Shown here: in pieces, positions 12,400 to 25,270 of the stretch
How the letters are laid out: the number at the start of each line of letters is the position of its first letter
Numbering within the stretch: position 1 is the stretch's first letter
Source: Squalus acanthias
Taxonomy: Eukaryota
Reading direction: 5' to 3'
NCBI GenBank assembly: GCA_030390025.1
Contig: CM059431.1
Coordinates: forward strand, 104,100,001-104,164,000
Length of the DNA stretch: 64,000 nt
The notes under the pieces: model-generated
The model's input: the letters and a program-made list of their open reading frames with translations, nothing else
What the model was told of the DNA's origin: nothing
Databases searched by the model: none
Program-made: the position numbers and the translations under genes

Positions 12400-13590
12400 A
12401 AGAACGAACTTGCATTTATATAGCGCCTTGCACGACCTCAGGACATCACAAAGCGCTTTATAACCAATGAAGTGCCTTTGAAGTGTGGTCACTGTTGTAA
12501 TGTAGGAAACGCAGCAGCCAATTTACGCACAGTAAGCTCCCACAAACAGCAATGTGATAATGACCAGATAATCTGCTTTGACTGAGGGATAAATGTTGGC
12601 CAGGATACGCGGGTGAACTTCCCTGCTCATTTTAAAATAGTGATTTGGGATATTTTACACCCACCTGAGAGCGCAAACAGTCCTTTGGTTTTATGTCTCA
12701 TCTAGTATTGCACTGAAGTGTCGGCCTAGATTATGTACTCAAGTCTCTGGATTGCAGCTTAAACCAACAGCATTCTTCCTCAGAGCTGAGAGTGCTACCA
12801 CTCTGCCAAGGCTGTCACTAATAAAAGAAAGACTTGCATTTCCATAGCATCTTTCACAACCTCCCAAAGCACTTTACTTTTGAAGTGTAGTCACTGTTGT
12901 AATGTAGGAAACACGACAGCCAATCTGCGCACAGCAAGCTCCCACAAACAGCAATGAAAAAGAAAGACTTGCATTTATATAACTCCTTTCATGACCACCG
13001 GATGCCTCAAAGCGCTTTACAGCCAATGAAGTACTAGCTTGAAGTGTAGTCACTGTTGTAATGTGGGAAACACGACAGCCAATTTGCGCACAGCAAGCTC
13101 CCACACACAGCAATGTGATAATGATCAGATAATCTGTTTTAGTGATGTTGATTGAGGAATAAATATTGGCCAGGACACCAGGGATAACTCCGCTGCTCAT
13201 CTTCGAAATAGTGGCCATGGGATCTTTTACGTCCACTTGAGAGAGCAAACGGGGCCTCGGGTTAATGTCTCATCCGAAAGACGGCACCTCCGACAGTGCA
13301 GCACTCCCTCAGCACTGCACTGGAGTGTCAGCCTAGCTTTCTGTGCTCCAGTCCCTGGCGTGGAACTTGAACCCACAACCTTCTGACGCGAGAGGCGAGT
13401 GTGCTACCCACTGAGCCACAGCTGACACGTGATAATAACCAGACAATTTGTTTTAGTGATGTTGGTTGAGAGATAAATATTGGCCCCCAGGACACCCGGG
13501 AGAACCCCCCTGCTTTTCTTCCAATAGTGCCATGGACTCTTTTACATTCACCCGAGAGAGCCTTCGGTTTAACTTCTCATGCAAAAGATG
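12400..13590 (-). mobile_element. Cluster of Deu-domain tRNA SINEs (SacSINE1-like), including a full copy (about 12958-13429) nested in another
   Basis: tRNA head GTGGCTCAGTGGGTAGC..GGTTCAAGT, Deu-like core ATCACATTGCTGTTTGTGGGAGCTTGCTGTGCGCAAATTGGCTG, and tail GGCGCTATATAAATGCAAG, all on the minus strand. Confidence 0.85.
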
Positions 13591-14334
13591 TTTAGATGGT
13601 GCAAAGGTGTGTTTCAACTCAAACTAAAAAGGATCAGCTTCTCGGACTGTGACTTGTCCTGCTCCGAACAGTGCTTTGTTCTTTTGCTTGTGGTCAATAA
13701 TTTATACTTTCACTGATCTACTAGGAGAACTTTTTAGTTCAGCACTGTCAACAGTAGTGTATAACGTGACTACCAAATGCGTAAACACGCATGTCAAACA
13801 TGTCGCATATATGATGAAATTAAAAGCACTGTGCAAACAAGTTCATCATTTTTTATGGAATGAATATTTCTCAATGAGCCTTGGAAACTCCATGAGATTT
13901 GCAAAGAAATCTCCAAAAATATACTCAAATTATTCTCCCCCATCCCTCACTACCCCAGATTCCACAGAATTTCAGCGACCCCACAGGAGAAAGTGCCCAC
14001 CATAATAAACGTGCGACTCTCTCAATGAACAAGTACCTTTACTTGGCCAGAGTGCTTTGCTTGTCTGTCTCTCATTAAGGATACGCAAGACAGGTGCAAC
14101 CAACTTGCTCCCAAGATCATAACCTCACCATCCAAAGTTTGAAGAGCAATGTCTAAATTATTGACAATGCAGCAACCAGCTGTAAACACCTGGACGGTAA
14201 GACTTTTGAAGAGGGTGAGGATGTGCTGACCAGGTTGCTAAAGCAAGAAAGTTGATGAAAACTGCCAGCAGTTCAGACTTGAGAGTTCTTGTGCATTTGA
14301 ATTAGGGGCATAACTCAGTGTGACACCTCTGTCG

Positions 14335-14960
14335 GTCTGTCTGTCCGCAAGTGTGATTCTGAATTCCTTGCCGTTTGCCACTTCAGCACTCCCACTCTGA
14401 CCTCTCTGCCCTTGGCCCTCTGCACTGTTCCAATAAAGCTCCGTACAAGCTCGGGGAAGAACTGCTCATCTTTCCACCCCGTGCTTTGTGCCATCTGGCC
14501 TTAACATTGACCATAACAACTTCCAACCTTAACGGTAGCTCCCATTTTCTCTCTGGCGGCCGTGTGCTGGTAATGTAGGATGGGGTGTACCAGCGCATCT
14601 GGAGGTGGGGGAAGTTATGAGTTGGTGCTCGGGATGGAGGTCCCCTATCGGTACACGGCCAGTGTGGATGGTCTGCACCCCTGGTGTCTACCTGCCCTTT
14701 CTTTCCATCAAACCCCAAGGTCTCTGGAGCTTACTTCGCTCTCCCTCTGCTATTCTGCTTTAATCATTCACACATGCTCTGGGCCTCATATATCTACTAT
14801 TTCTCTAATTTCTCTCATCATGCCTCATTTTATTTTGCCCTATCAATTCTGCCATTTAACCATCTCCTGTTCCCCACCTTGTCACTTCACAGTTCTTTCT
14901 TTTTCTCTTTTCTTGTATATATGGTCACATTTTTCCCTGCCTCCCCTCCCTTTGCTAGCC
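14335..14960 (+). mobile_element. Penelope-like element remnant (GIY-YIG C-terminus and 3' region)
   Basis: Fragments CHF..HSHSDLSALGPLHCSNKAPYKLGEELLIF..GLNID match the end of Penelope GIY-YIG domains. Followed by a pyrimidine-rich region similar to 22151-22410. Confidence 0.7.
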
Positions 14961-14994
14961 AAGAGCATAAAAGGATATGGAGCCAAGGCGGGTA

Positions 14995-15385
14995 GTCCTT
15001 GTTTTCAAATCCCTCCATGGCCTCGCCCCTTCCTATCTCTGTAATCTCCTTCAGCCCCACAACCCTTTGAGATATCTGCGCTCCTCTAATTCTGCCCTCT
15101 TGAGGATCCCTGATTGTAATCGCTCAACCTTTGATGGCCGTGCCTTCTGTTGCCTCGGCCCCAAGCTCTGGAATTCCCTGCCTAAACCTCTCCGCCTCGC
15201 TACCTCTCTTTCCTCCTTTAAGACGCTCCTTAAAACCTACCTCTTTGACCAAGCTTTTGGTCACCTGCCCTAATATATCCTTATGTGGATCGGTGCCAAT
15301 TTTTTTTTTGTCTTAAAATACTCCTGTGCAGCACCTTGGAACGTTTTATTACGTTAAAGGCGCTATATAAATACAAGTTGTTGTT
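14995..15385 (+). mobile_element. L2 LINE 3' end
   Basis: LVFKSLHGLAPSYL..GRAF..LWNSLP..FKTLLKTYLFDQAF; tail GTTGTTGTTG. Confidence 0.9.
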
Positions 15386-15885
15386 GCCTGACCAGCTGAG
15401 TGCTTTCAGCAATTTCTGCTTTTATTTTGGTGCGAACTCTCTGTGGAATTGTTGAAAAGATTATCAGACTTTCAAAGAGATGTACAAGCAAATAAAGGCT
15501 TGGCAGGATTTTCACAGGATATTGATGTGCGTTATTATTTAAATTTGACAATTGTTAAAAGTGTCACACGTGAAACTTTGCACTTTGAAATCTTGACATT
15601 GTTTACTTTTGATATATTTTTGCATTGTATTCTAATATGATTCAAACAGCTGCATTTCTTTTATTATTTCTTCCTCAGAGAGAATTGTAACTTCTGGAAG
15701 GACTGCACTATGCTTAGAGTTTCGGGGGAGGTTCAGAATAAAAGTCCTGGATTTAAGCATGTTTTCATTTAAGCAGAAACCTTTCGTGGCAGTAAGTACT
15801 GTGTCAGAGATAGGCTAGTCTTTTCTTCAGATCTACTCGTACTTCGTAGGACTGATGGAGAGCAACAACTATAATTTTACATTTA

Positions 15886-16389
15886 CAGTAAACTCTTTCG
15901 TATCCGGCACCGGGATGGTGCCGGTTGATTAAAAATTCCGGATAACGGAGAGGTATACCTACCGAGGCAATTTATATATCGGCTGACCTCAGACCAGAAG
16001 AAGGTAATTCTGTGGGGGTGTTCCGAACTCAGGAGGGGAGGTGGGACATGGAGTGGCAATGGACCCAAGCTGGTTTTGTAAAAGCCGAAGGAGCACACCT
16101 GCTTATTCTGGCCCCACAAATATACAGTAAAACTTACCTTTGGGTTCCTCTTTGGCTGGATGGCCAGCTGATACTGTGCGGGGCATATGCACACTCTGCC
16201 TAGTACTGTCCAAAAATGGCTACAGCGACGGCGGGAACAAGTGGTAAGTCATTCCCCAGTCATTGTGCCATGTTTCAATGCCACACATGGAATAAACATG
16301 CAGTCAGAATGTGCATTAATCAGAATACAATTTTGCCGATTATTAAAGAATTCCGGATGATTAAGTGCCATTTAAACAAGAGTTTACTG
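15886..16389. mobile_element. Tc1/mariner (Tigger-like) MITE
   Basis: TA-CAGTAAACTCTT ... AAGAGTTTACTG-TA; related to 5312-5643 and 57550-57904. Confidence 0.85.
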
Positions 16390-17029
16390 TAGTTGGTTAA
16401 GCCAGATAATTGCGTCAGGAGTGGTTGGAGTAGCAGAGAGTATCGTTGTGATGCCTCCTTCGTATTTGTGAAGTGGGCATCGAGTCATTAAATCTTCAGA
16501 TCTTGGCCTCTGTATAAAAAAACTTGCAACCTAAACAAATTTTTCTTTGCATTGTGGGGCAAGGTGTTAAATTAATATTATTTTTCGCTTCAAACGTTGC
16601 TTTTCATCTGAAAGAAACATAGAAAGAATTGTAAGACGAATATTAACGTTTAAAAACTGTGTTTAGAAAAACTGTTGCTTAAATAGGGTGCTGTGATGTG
16701 GGTCACGCACATTGGTTTGTGTAATGTAATCAGATGAATATAGATTTTTATATAATAGCTTACCAATTTGATATTGTAGCTAGCAGGTGATAAGCCATCC
16801 CAATTAAGCCACCTCATAACCAAATAAAGCAGCTTTTTAAACCATGCCTCGCTCTCTTCTGTGTCTAATTTTCCGGGAGATCGTAAGACAGCTTGACCTT
16901 TGACTCACCATAAACAATGGCATGAAAGGTCTACCTGTACTTCAAAACTCTTTGTTTGTACTGTCTAGATTTGGAAAATAAAGCTAGGAATTACTGTTAT
17001 CGATAACAGACAAATACTTAATGTTATGT

Positions 17030-17512
17030 TACCAGGATGTTACCAGGATTGAGGAAATTTGCTTATGAGGAGAGGTTGGAAAAAGTCGGACTGTTCTCCT
17101 TGGGACAGGGAAGGTTAAGAGGTGACCTAATAGGGGTTTTCAAGATGATGAGTGGTTTTGATAGAGTAAATATGGAAAAAGAATTCTCTCTGGCGAGTGG
17201 GTCAATAACTAGAGGTCATAGATTCAAAATCATTGGAAAAAGGACTAGACGGGAGATGAGGAGAATTTTTTTCACTCAGAGAGTTGTGGGGATCTGGAAC
17301 GCTCGACCTGAAAAGGTGGTGGAAGCTGATTCCATCAATAATTTTAAAGGGAGTTGGACGGTTCTGGAGGATGAGGAACTGACAGGGTTACGGTTAAAAA
17401 GCGGGGATGTGGGACTAAACACGACTGCTCTTTCAAAGAGCCAGCACAGGCACGACGGGCCGAATGGCCTCCTTCTGCGCTGTAAGTTTCTACAATTCTA
17501 TGATTCTATTCT
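17030..17512 (+). mobile_element. CR1 3' fragment
   Basis: YEERL..LFSL..RLRGDLI..FFTQRVV.IWN; tail TTCTATGATTCTA. Confidence 0.9.
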
Positions 17513-17774
17513 ATTTCCATTTGACATTCCTCTGATATTTAAATGGAGGTATTAACCTGTTTATTTTAAATGAGATAATGCTTCCATTTAAGTGACAAGA
17601 CAGAAGTATGTCATACAAAAGCACCAATGGTAATTTCCAACATTAATCTCCAGCCTATAATGTGAACTTTTTCAACAGATTATTCATTATTGATCCCAAC
17701 TAATGTTATACATACCAGTTTGGAATTATATTTTATCAGACTGTGAATTATCTTACATTCCTCAAATACTAAAA

Positions 17775-18021
17775 GGGGTCGCCCATTTAAAACTGAGATG
17801 AGGAGGAATTTCTTCTCCCAGAGGGTCATAAATCTGTGGAATTCTCTGCCCCAGAGAGCTGTGGAGGCTGGGTCATTGAATATATTTAAGGTGGAGATAG
17901 ATTTTTGAACAATAAGGGAGTGATGGGTTATGGGGAGCGGGCCGAGAAATGGAGCTGAGCCCAAGATCAGATCAGCCAAATGGCCTACTCCTGCTCCTAT
18001 TTCTTATGTTCTTATGTTCTT
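17775..18021 (+). mobile_element. CR1 3' end
   Basis: FKTEMRRNFFSQRV.NLWNSLP; tail TTCTTATGTTCTTATG. Confidence 0.9.
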
Positions 18022-18484
18022 ATAAGCCCATCTGTAGATCTCTAATTTCTATATAACTCGGTATTTAAAATCCAAATAGCTGGTTTTTGACATTAAGGTC
18101 ATTTGCAAATAGCATCAATAGCAGGGTCATAGGTTTTTTCTCTCAGGTCATATGTTGGTATCAGATGTCTAATTTGAACGATATGTGTTGATCACTGTCC
18201 TTTATTTATTGTTAGTTAATCAATTCATCATCCAATTTACTGCTTCTTCATGGATCCCAGGAGCTTTTACAAAGGATCTTATCAAATACTTCAACCATAA
18301 TACTATCATCCACCAACTCTGTTGCATACTCAAATAATTCTAATACATTTATTAGACATGCACCCACCCCTCATTTCAAAAATGCACATTGGTCTGGAAT
18401 CACCACCATTAATCTGATTAAGTGCACTTCATGCTCTTCCAGACCAATAGTTGAGCAGCTGTGGCTCAGTGGGTGGTGCTCTCT

Positions 18485-20515
18485 AGGTGGGAGGGGCTAG
18501 GAGTGAGCAGGTGCTGCTGGGTGCTTGATTACTGCAGGGAGTTGGAGTGAGTTTGTAACAAGTTGGTGTTTTTTTTCAGATTTTAGGGCCTTTTTGGTCC
18601 TTAATTAGCAGCCAGATGGTTGCTGAGGGGCCAGGAGTGCCGGTCCCTCAGAGGACAATGTTCCCAGGATGAATTTTATCAGGGGGAGAAAATGTTGGGG
18701 GAAGGGAGGAAAAAAGGCCCAAAAATTTGGTCCGGGACCCAAGTAGGTTTGGAAAAGAAAACACGGTGGTGGTTCAGTGCGAGGATAAGGAGAAACGAGC
18801 TTGGGATATTATCCAGGTGGTACATGAGGACTGCGGCGAGGGAAGCTGCTTTGCCTGCTGACCAAAGCCAAATGTTGGGTTCAAGGTGATGGTCAGTGGC
18901 CGAGAGGAGATGGAAAGACTTATACTGAGTTTGAAGGTTGGAGACAAGTTCTTGGAGATTTCTCTGCTATATTCTGAAGAGGTGGTGGTCTCATTCTTAA
19001 ACCTGCCGGTTTATATTGAGGACGATGTGCTAATAAAAAAGTTGTAGTCGTGGGACATTAAAATTTGCTCGGCAATAAAGAGGAGATACTATCCAGGAAC
19101 GCGGGTAGCAGATGGAACCCATTATGTAAAGGTGCGGTTCCCAGAGAGGGTGAAGTCATTGCCGTATAGCATGAAATTTGAGACAATGGAAGGAGTGCAG
19201 TACTTCCGGGAACTGCATGATAACCAGGTGACGGTTTGTTATTATTGTCTTGGACACGACCATCTTGTAAGAAGCTGTCTAGACTTGTACTGTTATAACT
19301 GCGGCGAGTCTGGACACATCACTCGCAGCTGCAAGGTGGAGAGCTGTGGGGTGTGTCACAAAGGCCCCACTGGCTGTGAGTGTGAGGCAGAAGGAAGCCC
19401 CTCGAGTGATGAGGAGACGGGAGAAGGAGAAGGAGAAGGAGCAGGAAGTGTGAGTGGAACGGCCGGAGGAGCGGAGCAGGCGGAGGACACAGCTGGTGAA
19501 TGGAAGGAGGAAAGAGCGCAGGAAGAGGCAGAAAATTGCGGATCAGCGAACAGGATGGAGATGGTGGAAGACACACCAAGTACGGTGGAAAAGGACAAAG
19601 ACAGCAGCGGGCAGCACGGGTCGAGGGCAGAGTCGAGCCATAATACGGCTTGGCTCTCCCTAAAGAATCTGGTGCCCGCAGGGGGAGAGGAGGCGGGAGT
19701 GGGGTGCGGGGTAAGTATAAGTATTCCAAAGAAAGACGGGGAGTCGGACATCTCGGGGAGCAGGAGGGGGCAAGTCAAGCAGAGGGTGCAAGAGGCAGGA
19801 GCCTTAAAGGGGCAGCAGGACGGGAGCGGGGAGACAAAGACACCAGAAGGGAGCAAGATAGGTGCAGATGCGCCATTGTCCCAGAGAGAGAAGAAACAGG
19901 GAGCAAAGGTCAGCGGTGGAGATGGGGCCGAAGGGAGCGGCATTGTTGGAGAAACCGTGATAGCAGGAAGACTCTCTGAGGGAGATTAAGTATCTGACAG
20001 GGAGCAGGGACGGGAGGTTACAGAAGAGCTCGAGAGTGAGGAGTCAGAGAGGGACAGAGACATGGAAGTGGGGTTGGTGTGGCATTGTGTGGAAAGGGAG
20101 AGGTTAGTGAGGGGCAGAAGGAGGGAGAAGGGGCAGCTTCTCGGCCCAAACCCAATGTAAGGAAGAGGCTGAAAGTGCAGGGAAGGTTCAAACAGGAGGT
20201 GAAAAAGAGCCGGAGGCTGCAGGAGAAAGCAAATGCTGCCCAAAAAGTTGGGAAGGAGCAGGAGAGGAGGGAAAGGCCGGAGATTAAATGATGGGGGAAT
20301 TATCAGGCACACTTCCCTAATTCGGAGCCATGATTACTGATCAATTTTTAAAGTACAATAGATTAGTATATGTTATGGGAGACAAATTAAACTTCAGGTT
20401 TTGATGTTAATATGTGGTGGAGGAATGGCTGTGCAGAGCGGCGGAATGGATTTGTATGATACAATGGAATGATCACAATGTTGTAAATGTTTTTAATGTT
20501 CAACAATATAAAAAA
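18485..20515 (+). mobile_element. ORF1-only L1/Tx1-type retroposon (HAL1-like or internal deletion) inserted in a SINE head
   Basis: ORF1 is followed by only about 225 bp and an A-tail (20510-20515). SINE head GTGGCTCAG lies at 18461, and the SINE resumes at 20516. Confidence 0.7.
18616..20291 (+). pseudogene. L1/Tx1-clade ORF1 (ZCCHC3-like, CCHC zinc knuckles), with stops and frameshifts
   Basis: VSFLNLPVYIEDD..RRYYPGT.VADGT.YVKVRFP..SLPYS..CYYCLGHDHLVRSC..CYNCGESGHITRSC..CGVCHK..CEC, then a low-complexity E/G/K-rich tail. Confidence 0.8.
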
Positions 20516-20970
20516 GTTGGTTGCAGTATTGACTCTGAGCCAGAGTGTTTGTGGGTTCAAGTCCCACTCCAAGGACTTGAGTGCAATATTTGGGCTGACA
20601 CTCTACTGCAGTACTTGAGGGAGTGCTGCACTGTTGCGAGTATCGACTTTTAGATGAGACTTTAAAGCGAGGCCCCGTCTACTCTCTCAGATGGATGTAT
20701 AGGACCATGGCACTATTTTGAAGAAGAGCAGGTGAGTTCTCCCCGGTGTCCTGGCCAATATTTATCCCTCAAACTAAATCACTAAAACAGATTATCTGGT
20801 CATTATCACATTGCTGTTTGTGGGAGCTTGCTGTGCGCAGATTGGCTGCCGCGTTTCCGACATTACGACAGTGACTCCACTTCAAATAGTACTTCATTGT
20901 CTGTAAAATGCTTTGGGACGTCCTGAGGTTGTGAAAGGCGTTATAAAGATGCAAGTCTTTCTTTCTTTAT
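20516..20970 (+). mobile_element. Deu-domain SINE (remainder of the split copy)
   Basis: B-box GGTTCAAGTCC, Deu core, tail AAGTCTTTCTTTCTTT. Confidence 0.85.
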
Positions 20971-21296
20971 AATGAGCCGATATTCTTACCATTATATATG
21001 TTGAGGTTACATGGTGAGAATTTTTTAAGAGAATAATTATTAAAAGGGAAGAAGAATAATTATTTTCCAATTCGCTGAACTGTAATTATTTTGTGCTACT
21101 GCTCTACCTCTACCTTCATTTCTTTAAGTATGCATTATGAACCCATGCAATCTCAGCCTGGTGCCTTGTTCAAGTCGTCTGAATTCTTAATGATCAGCAA
21201 TTTCTCCAGTAGCTTGCTCAAGACCCTTACAATTACTCGATAGGGAAAACTCCTGGGGCTTTATTCCAAACAAAATGAAACCCAGACCTAAATAGA

Positions 21297-21421
21297 TTGA
21301 TACAAAAGCAAAACCCTGCGGATGCTGGGAATCCGAAACAAAAACAGAAAATGCTGGAAATGTGCAGCAGGTCAGGCAGCATCTGTGGAGAGAGAAACAG
21401 AGTTAACGTTTCAGGTCGATG
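21297..21421 (-). mobile_element. Penelope pLTR fragment (family B), truncated within the hammerhead motif
   Basis: AATGCTGGAAA..CAGCAGGTCAGGCAGCATCTGTGGAGAGAGAAACAGAGTTAACGTTTCAGGTC is shared with 27540 and 51720. Confidence 0.65.
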
Positions 21422-21427
21422 CCGCTC

Positions 21428-22148
21428 TAGTGCAGTGCTTGAGGGAGTGTGGCCCTGTTGCAAGTATCATCTTTCGGATGAGACATTAAACTGAGGGCTG
21501 GTCTGCTCTCTCAGATGGATGTAAAAGATTCCGTGGCCACTATTTTGAAGAAGAGCAGGGGGTGGGGGGGAGCATTTCTATGGTGCCTTTTACAACCTCA
21601 GGGTGTCCAAAGCGCTTTAAAAAGAAAAGACTTCCATTTCTATAGCGCCTTTTATGACCACCGGACATCTCAAAGTGCTTTACAGCCAATGAAGTACATT
21701 CACTGTTGTAATGTGGGAAACATGACGACTAATTTGCACACAGCAAGCGCCCACAAACAGCAATGTGATAATGGCCAGATAATCTGTTTTGTTATGTTGA
21801 TTGAGGGATAAATATTGGCCGAGGACACTGGGGGATAACTCCCCTGCGCTTCTTTGAAATAGTGCCGTGGGATCTTTTACATCAACCTGAGAGAGCAGAC
21901 AGGGCCTCAGTTTAACGTCTCACCTGAAAGACAGCACCTCCGACAGTGCAGCGCTGCGCTCCCTCAGCACTGCACTGGAGTGTCAGCCCAGCTTTATGTG
22001 TTTAAGTCCCTGGAGTGGGACTTGAACCCACAACCTTTTGACTCAGAGGCAAGTGTGCTACCCACTGAGCCACTGGCTGACATTGCAGTACTTTACAGCC
22101 AGTGAAGTACTTTAGAAATGTTGTCCCTGTTGTAATGTAGGAAACGCG
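21428..22148. mobile_element. Deu-SINE cluster: partial + copy, and a full - copy (about 21620-22082) nested in another - copy
   Basis: Same SINE motifs as elsewhere in the window. Confidence 0.8.
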
Positions 22149-22150
22149 GC

Positions 22151-22410
22151 AGAACTGGAAGATGTTCGAGATGAACAGCTTTTAAGCAAGTACAGAGCCA
22201 GGGAAAAGGGGAGGAGGGAAAGAACAAAAGGGGAAAGGTCTGTGATAGGGTGGAGGGCAGGAGTGATTAAATGACAAAAAGGGATAATGGTGCAAGGCAA
22301 CAGGGGATGGCAATAGGCCAAGTAAAGAAACAAAAGTTGGGTCCAGAGGAGCTGTGAATGATTGCAGCAGAATAGCAGAGGGGGAGAGAAGTAGATCGAT
22401 GGAGCATTGT
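22151..22410 (-). mobile_element. Penelope 3' region fragment
   Basis: Reverse complement resembles 14730-14950. Confidence 0.55.
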
Positions 22411-22819
22411 ACAAAGTACAAACAGACAATCTGGCAACACAAGACTAATCTGTAGATTTATATCCTTCTAAAAGTGGACTAATAAACAGTACATGAAAGC
22501 CTTTTATTTCGCATTCTAAGGTAGTGAGGAACTTGTGTAGCATTCCCCCAAATCATGAAGCAAATATTTCACTCAGGGACAACCGTGGCATTAGTGATTA
22601 TAAAGACTGGAAACATTTCTAAATGTCATCACAGCAGTGAGAGCCTTGAATAAGATAATCCGATACGGAGAGGGGATGGCAGTTAGGAAGTTCAAATGAA
22701 AGCTAGCAAATTAAATGCAACCCACGTGGAAATGCTGAAGGGGTGAACGCCTTCAGGTTTTTTCTGTTTCTTTTAATCAGTGTGGTGCAGCTGTAAGTTA
22801 TTCATTGTTAGTTTTGCTC

Positions 22820-23440
22820 ATGTATGCTGCTGCTGAAACCCTCATCCATGCTGTTGTTACCACCAAACTTGACTCTTCCAACGCTCTCCTGTCCGGCCTC
22901 CCATCTTCCACCCTCCGTAAACTCCAGCTGATCCAAAACTCTGCTGCCCGCGTCCTGACTCGCACCAAGTCCCGTTCACCCTTCGCTGACCTACACTGGC
23001 TCCCGGTCCGGCAACGCCTCGATTTTAAAATTCTCATTCTTGTTTTCAAATCGCTCCGGGGGCCTCGCCCCTTCCCTATCTGCTCCAGCCCTACAACCCT
23101 CCGAGATCTCTGGTGCTCCTCCAATTCTGGCCTCTTGCGCATCCCGATTTCCTTCGCCCCCCCGCCCCCCCTCCTCCATCGGCGGCCGTGCCTTCAGCTG
23201 CCGAGGCCCTCCACTCTGGAATTCCCTCCCTAAACCTCTCCGCCACTCTACCTCTCTTTCCTCCTTTAAGTCTCTCCTTAAAACCTACCCCTTTGACCAA
23301 GCTTTTGATCACCTGTCCTTATATCTCCTTATATGACTCGGTGTCAAATTCTGCCTGATTACCCTCCTGGGCAGCGCCGTGGGACATTTTCCTACGTTAA
23401 AGGCGCTATATAAATGTAAGTTATTTTGTTGTCGTTGTAT
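22820..23440 (+). mobile_element. L2 LINE 3' end
   Basis: AETLIHAVVTTKLDSSNALLSGLP..LQLIQNSAARVLT..LHWLPV is a classic L2 ORF2 C-terminus. Confidence 0.92.
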
Positions 23441-23481
23441 GTTGGATCCTGCCAGCAAAGGGGATGCATTTGCAGAAAAAT

Positions 23482-24226
23482 GGTGCAGAAATTCTGATCC
23501 CTACGGGTGTGTACGCGCTGTGTACTCACCCGTAGGGACATCAGAAATGCCGATTTCAGGCATGCACTGCGCATGCGCTGGAAACCGGCATTTCCCATCT
23601 GTCAAGAAGGCTCTTGGCAGCTCCTCCGGCTGCCCTGGAGAAGGGCCTCTGCGGGTGGAGAGTTCTGCTTTTTGGAGACCCTCCGCCTGCAGAAAACACT
23701 TACAATTCTTGCGCCTGGTAAAAGCAGGGATAAGGCCTGCTTTTACTATGATAAGAGTTGAAAAAAGTTTTTTTAAAAATTTCCACTGATTTATCATTTA
23801 AAAATACTTTAAAGAAAAGTAAGTTTATTTTTAGCCCCGTTAAAAACTTTAATTATTTTTTTCAAAAAATAAAATTTTTGTTTATTGTAATTTAAAGTCA
23901 TTTTAAAAATGTGATTTAAAAAAAAAAAAAATATTTAAAGTATTACTATGTTTTGGGGGTGATCTCGATTCATATATTTGACAGGTCTTCCTGTCAAATG
24001 TATGAAGGGAGATTCCCTTCTCTGATTGGCTCCCCATGGCCCACATGATCCCAGGGACGCTGCGAACCGCCTGCGCCTCTGGGGTACGTGGGCCCTGCAC
24101 ACCGGCAGTTTGGAGAGGCCCGGCAGCGGAACTCTGCGCCTCCCGGGAGCCCTCCGGTCTTGGCGCAGATTTTTCCAGATCGCAGTACACCGCCCGCGGG
24201 AGGCCTGCGATCGGAATATCTGGGCC
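23482..24226. mobile_element. Harbinger-type MITE
   Basis: AAT TSD on both sides; termini GGTGCAGAAATTC / GAATATCTGGGCC; GC-rich arms with an AT-rich core; related to 29114 and 31273. Confidence 0.8.
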
Positions 24227-24597
24227 AATACTTCACAAGGCAGCAGTTTGGTTCTTAACTGGGTGAATATTTGACGTAGATAATAATGGGACATGAGAAG
24301 TTAAGGGCAAGAGCATTAAGAATGTTAGAGAAGAATATCTGTGCTGGCATAATAAAGGAGGAATAGCTAAGGGAGTTGGAGATTATTCATTAAGATACAT
24401 GTTAATATATGTAAGCGCAGTCCTACTCACTTAATGCCATGTTTATTGTTATGTTTGGCACTTTTATTGATCTTTCACATCCGTTTTCACACTGCTGTTT
24501 TGTTTGGAAGCTTTCTAATCTGGTTAAAATTTACAAAAAGAATAACCACCATCACTGCCACTAGCCAGTTTCACTTTCAGAATGAAGGCGCACCCAA

Positions 24598-25270
24598 GAG
24601 TCATAGTCATAGAGTCATAACGGCACAGAAGGAGGCCATTCAGCCCATCGAGTCCGTGCCAGCTCTCTGTAAAGCAATCCAGTCAGTCCCATTCCCCCGC
24701 TCTATTCCCGAAGCCCTGCAAGTTTATTTCCCTCAAGTGCCTATCCAGTCTCCCCTTGAAAACTTTGAGTGTCTCCGCTTCCACCACTTCCATCGGCAGC
24801 GAATTCCAGGTCCTCACCACTCGCTGCGCAAAAAGGTTTTTCCTCACATCCCCCTGAAGAACCTCACTTCCACATGTGGCAGCCACACAAAGGACAGGCA
24901 GATCTCAACAACAACAACCTGCATTTATAGAGCGCCCTTAACGTAGTAAAACATCCCAAAGCGCTTCACAGGAGCGATTATCAAACGAAATTTGACACCG
25001 AGCCACATAAGGAGATATTAGGGACAGGTGACCAGAAGCTTGTTCAAAGAGGTCGGTTTTAAGGAGCATCTTAAAGGAGGAGAGAGAGGCGAAGAGGTTT
25101 AGGGAGGGAAATCCAGAGCTCCGGGCCCCCGGCAGTTGAAGGCACGGCCGCCAGTGGTGGAGCCATGAACATCGGGGATGCTCAAGAGGACGGAATTGGA
25201 GGAGCGCAGATATCTCGGAGGGTTGTGGGGTTGGAGGAGGTTTCAGAGATAGGGAGGGGCGAGGCCACGG
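24598..25270 (-). mobile_element. CR1 3' end (24598-24860) and L2 3' end (24905-25270)
   Basis: [17 protein letters not shown] with a (CTATGA)n-type tail; L2 with a (CAA)n tail. Confidence 0.85.

Noticed and set aside
19132..19989. Host ZCCHC3/CNBP-like gene or retroviral gag
   Set aside because: The upstream frame is broken by stops, there are no LTRs, and it ends in an A-tail inside a split SINE, which fits a non-LTR ORF1.
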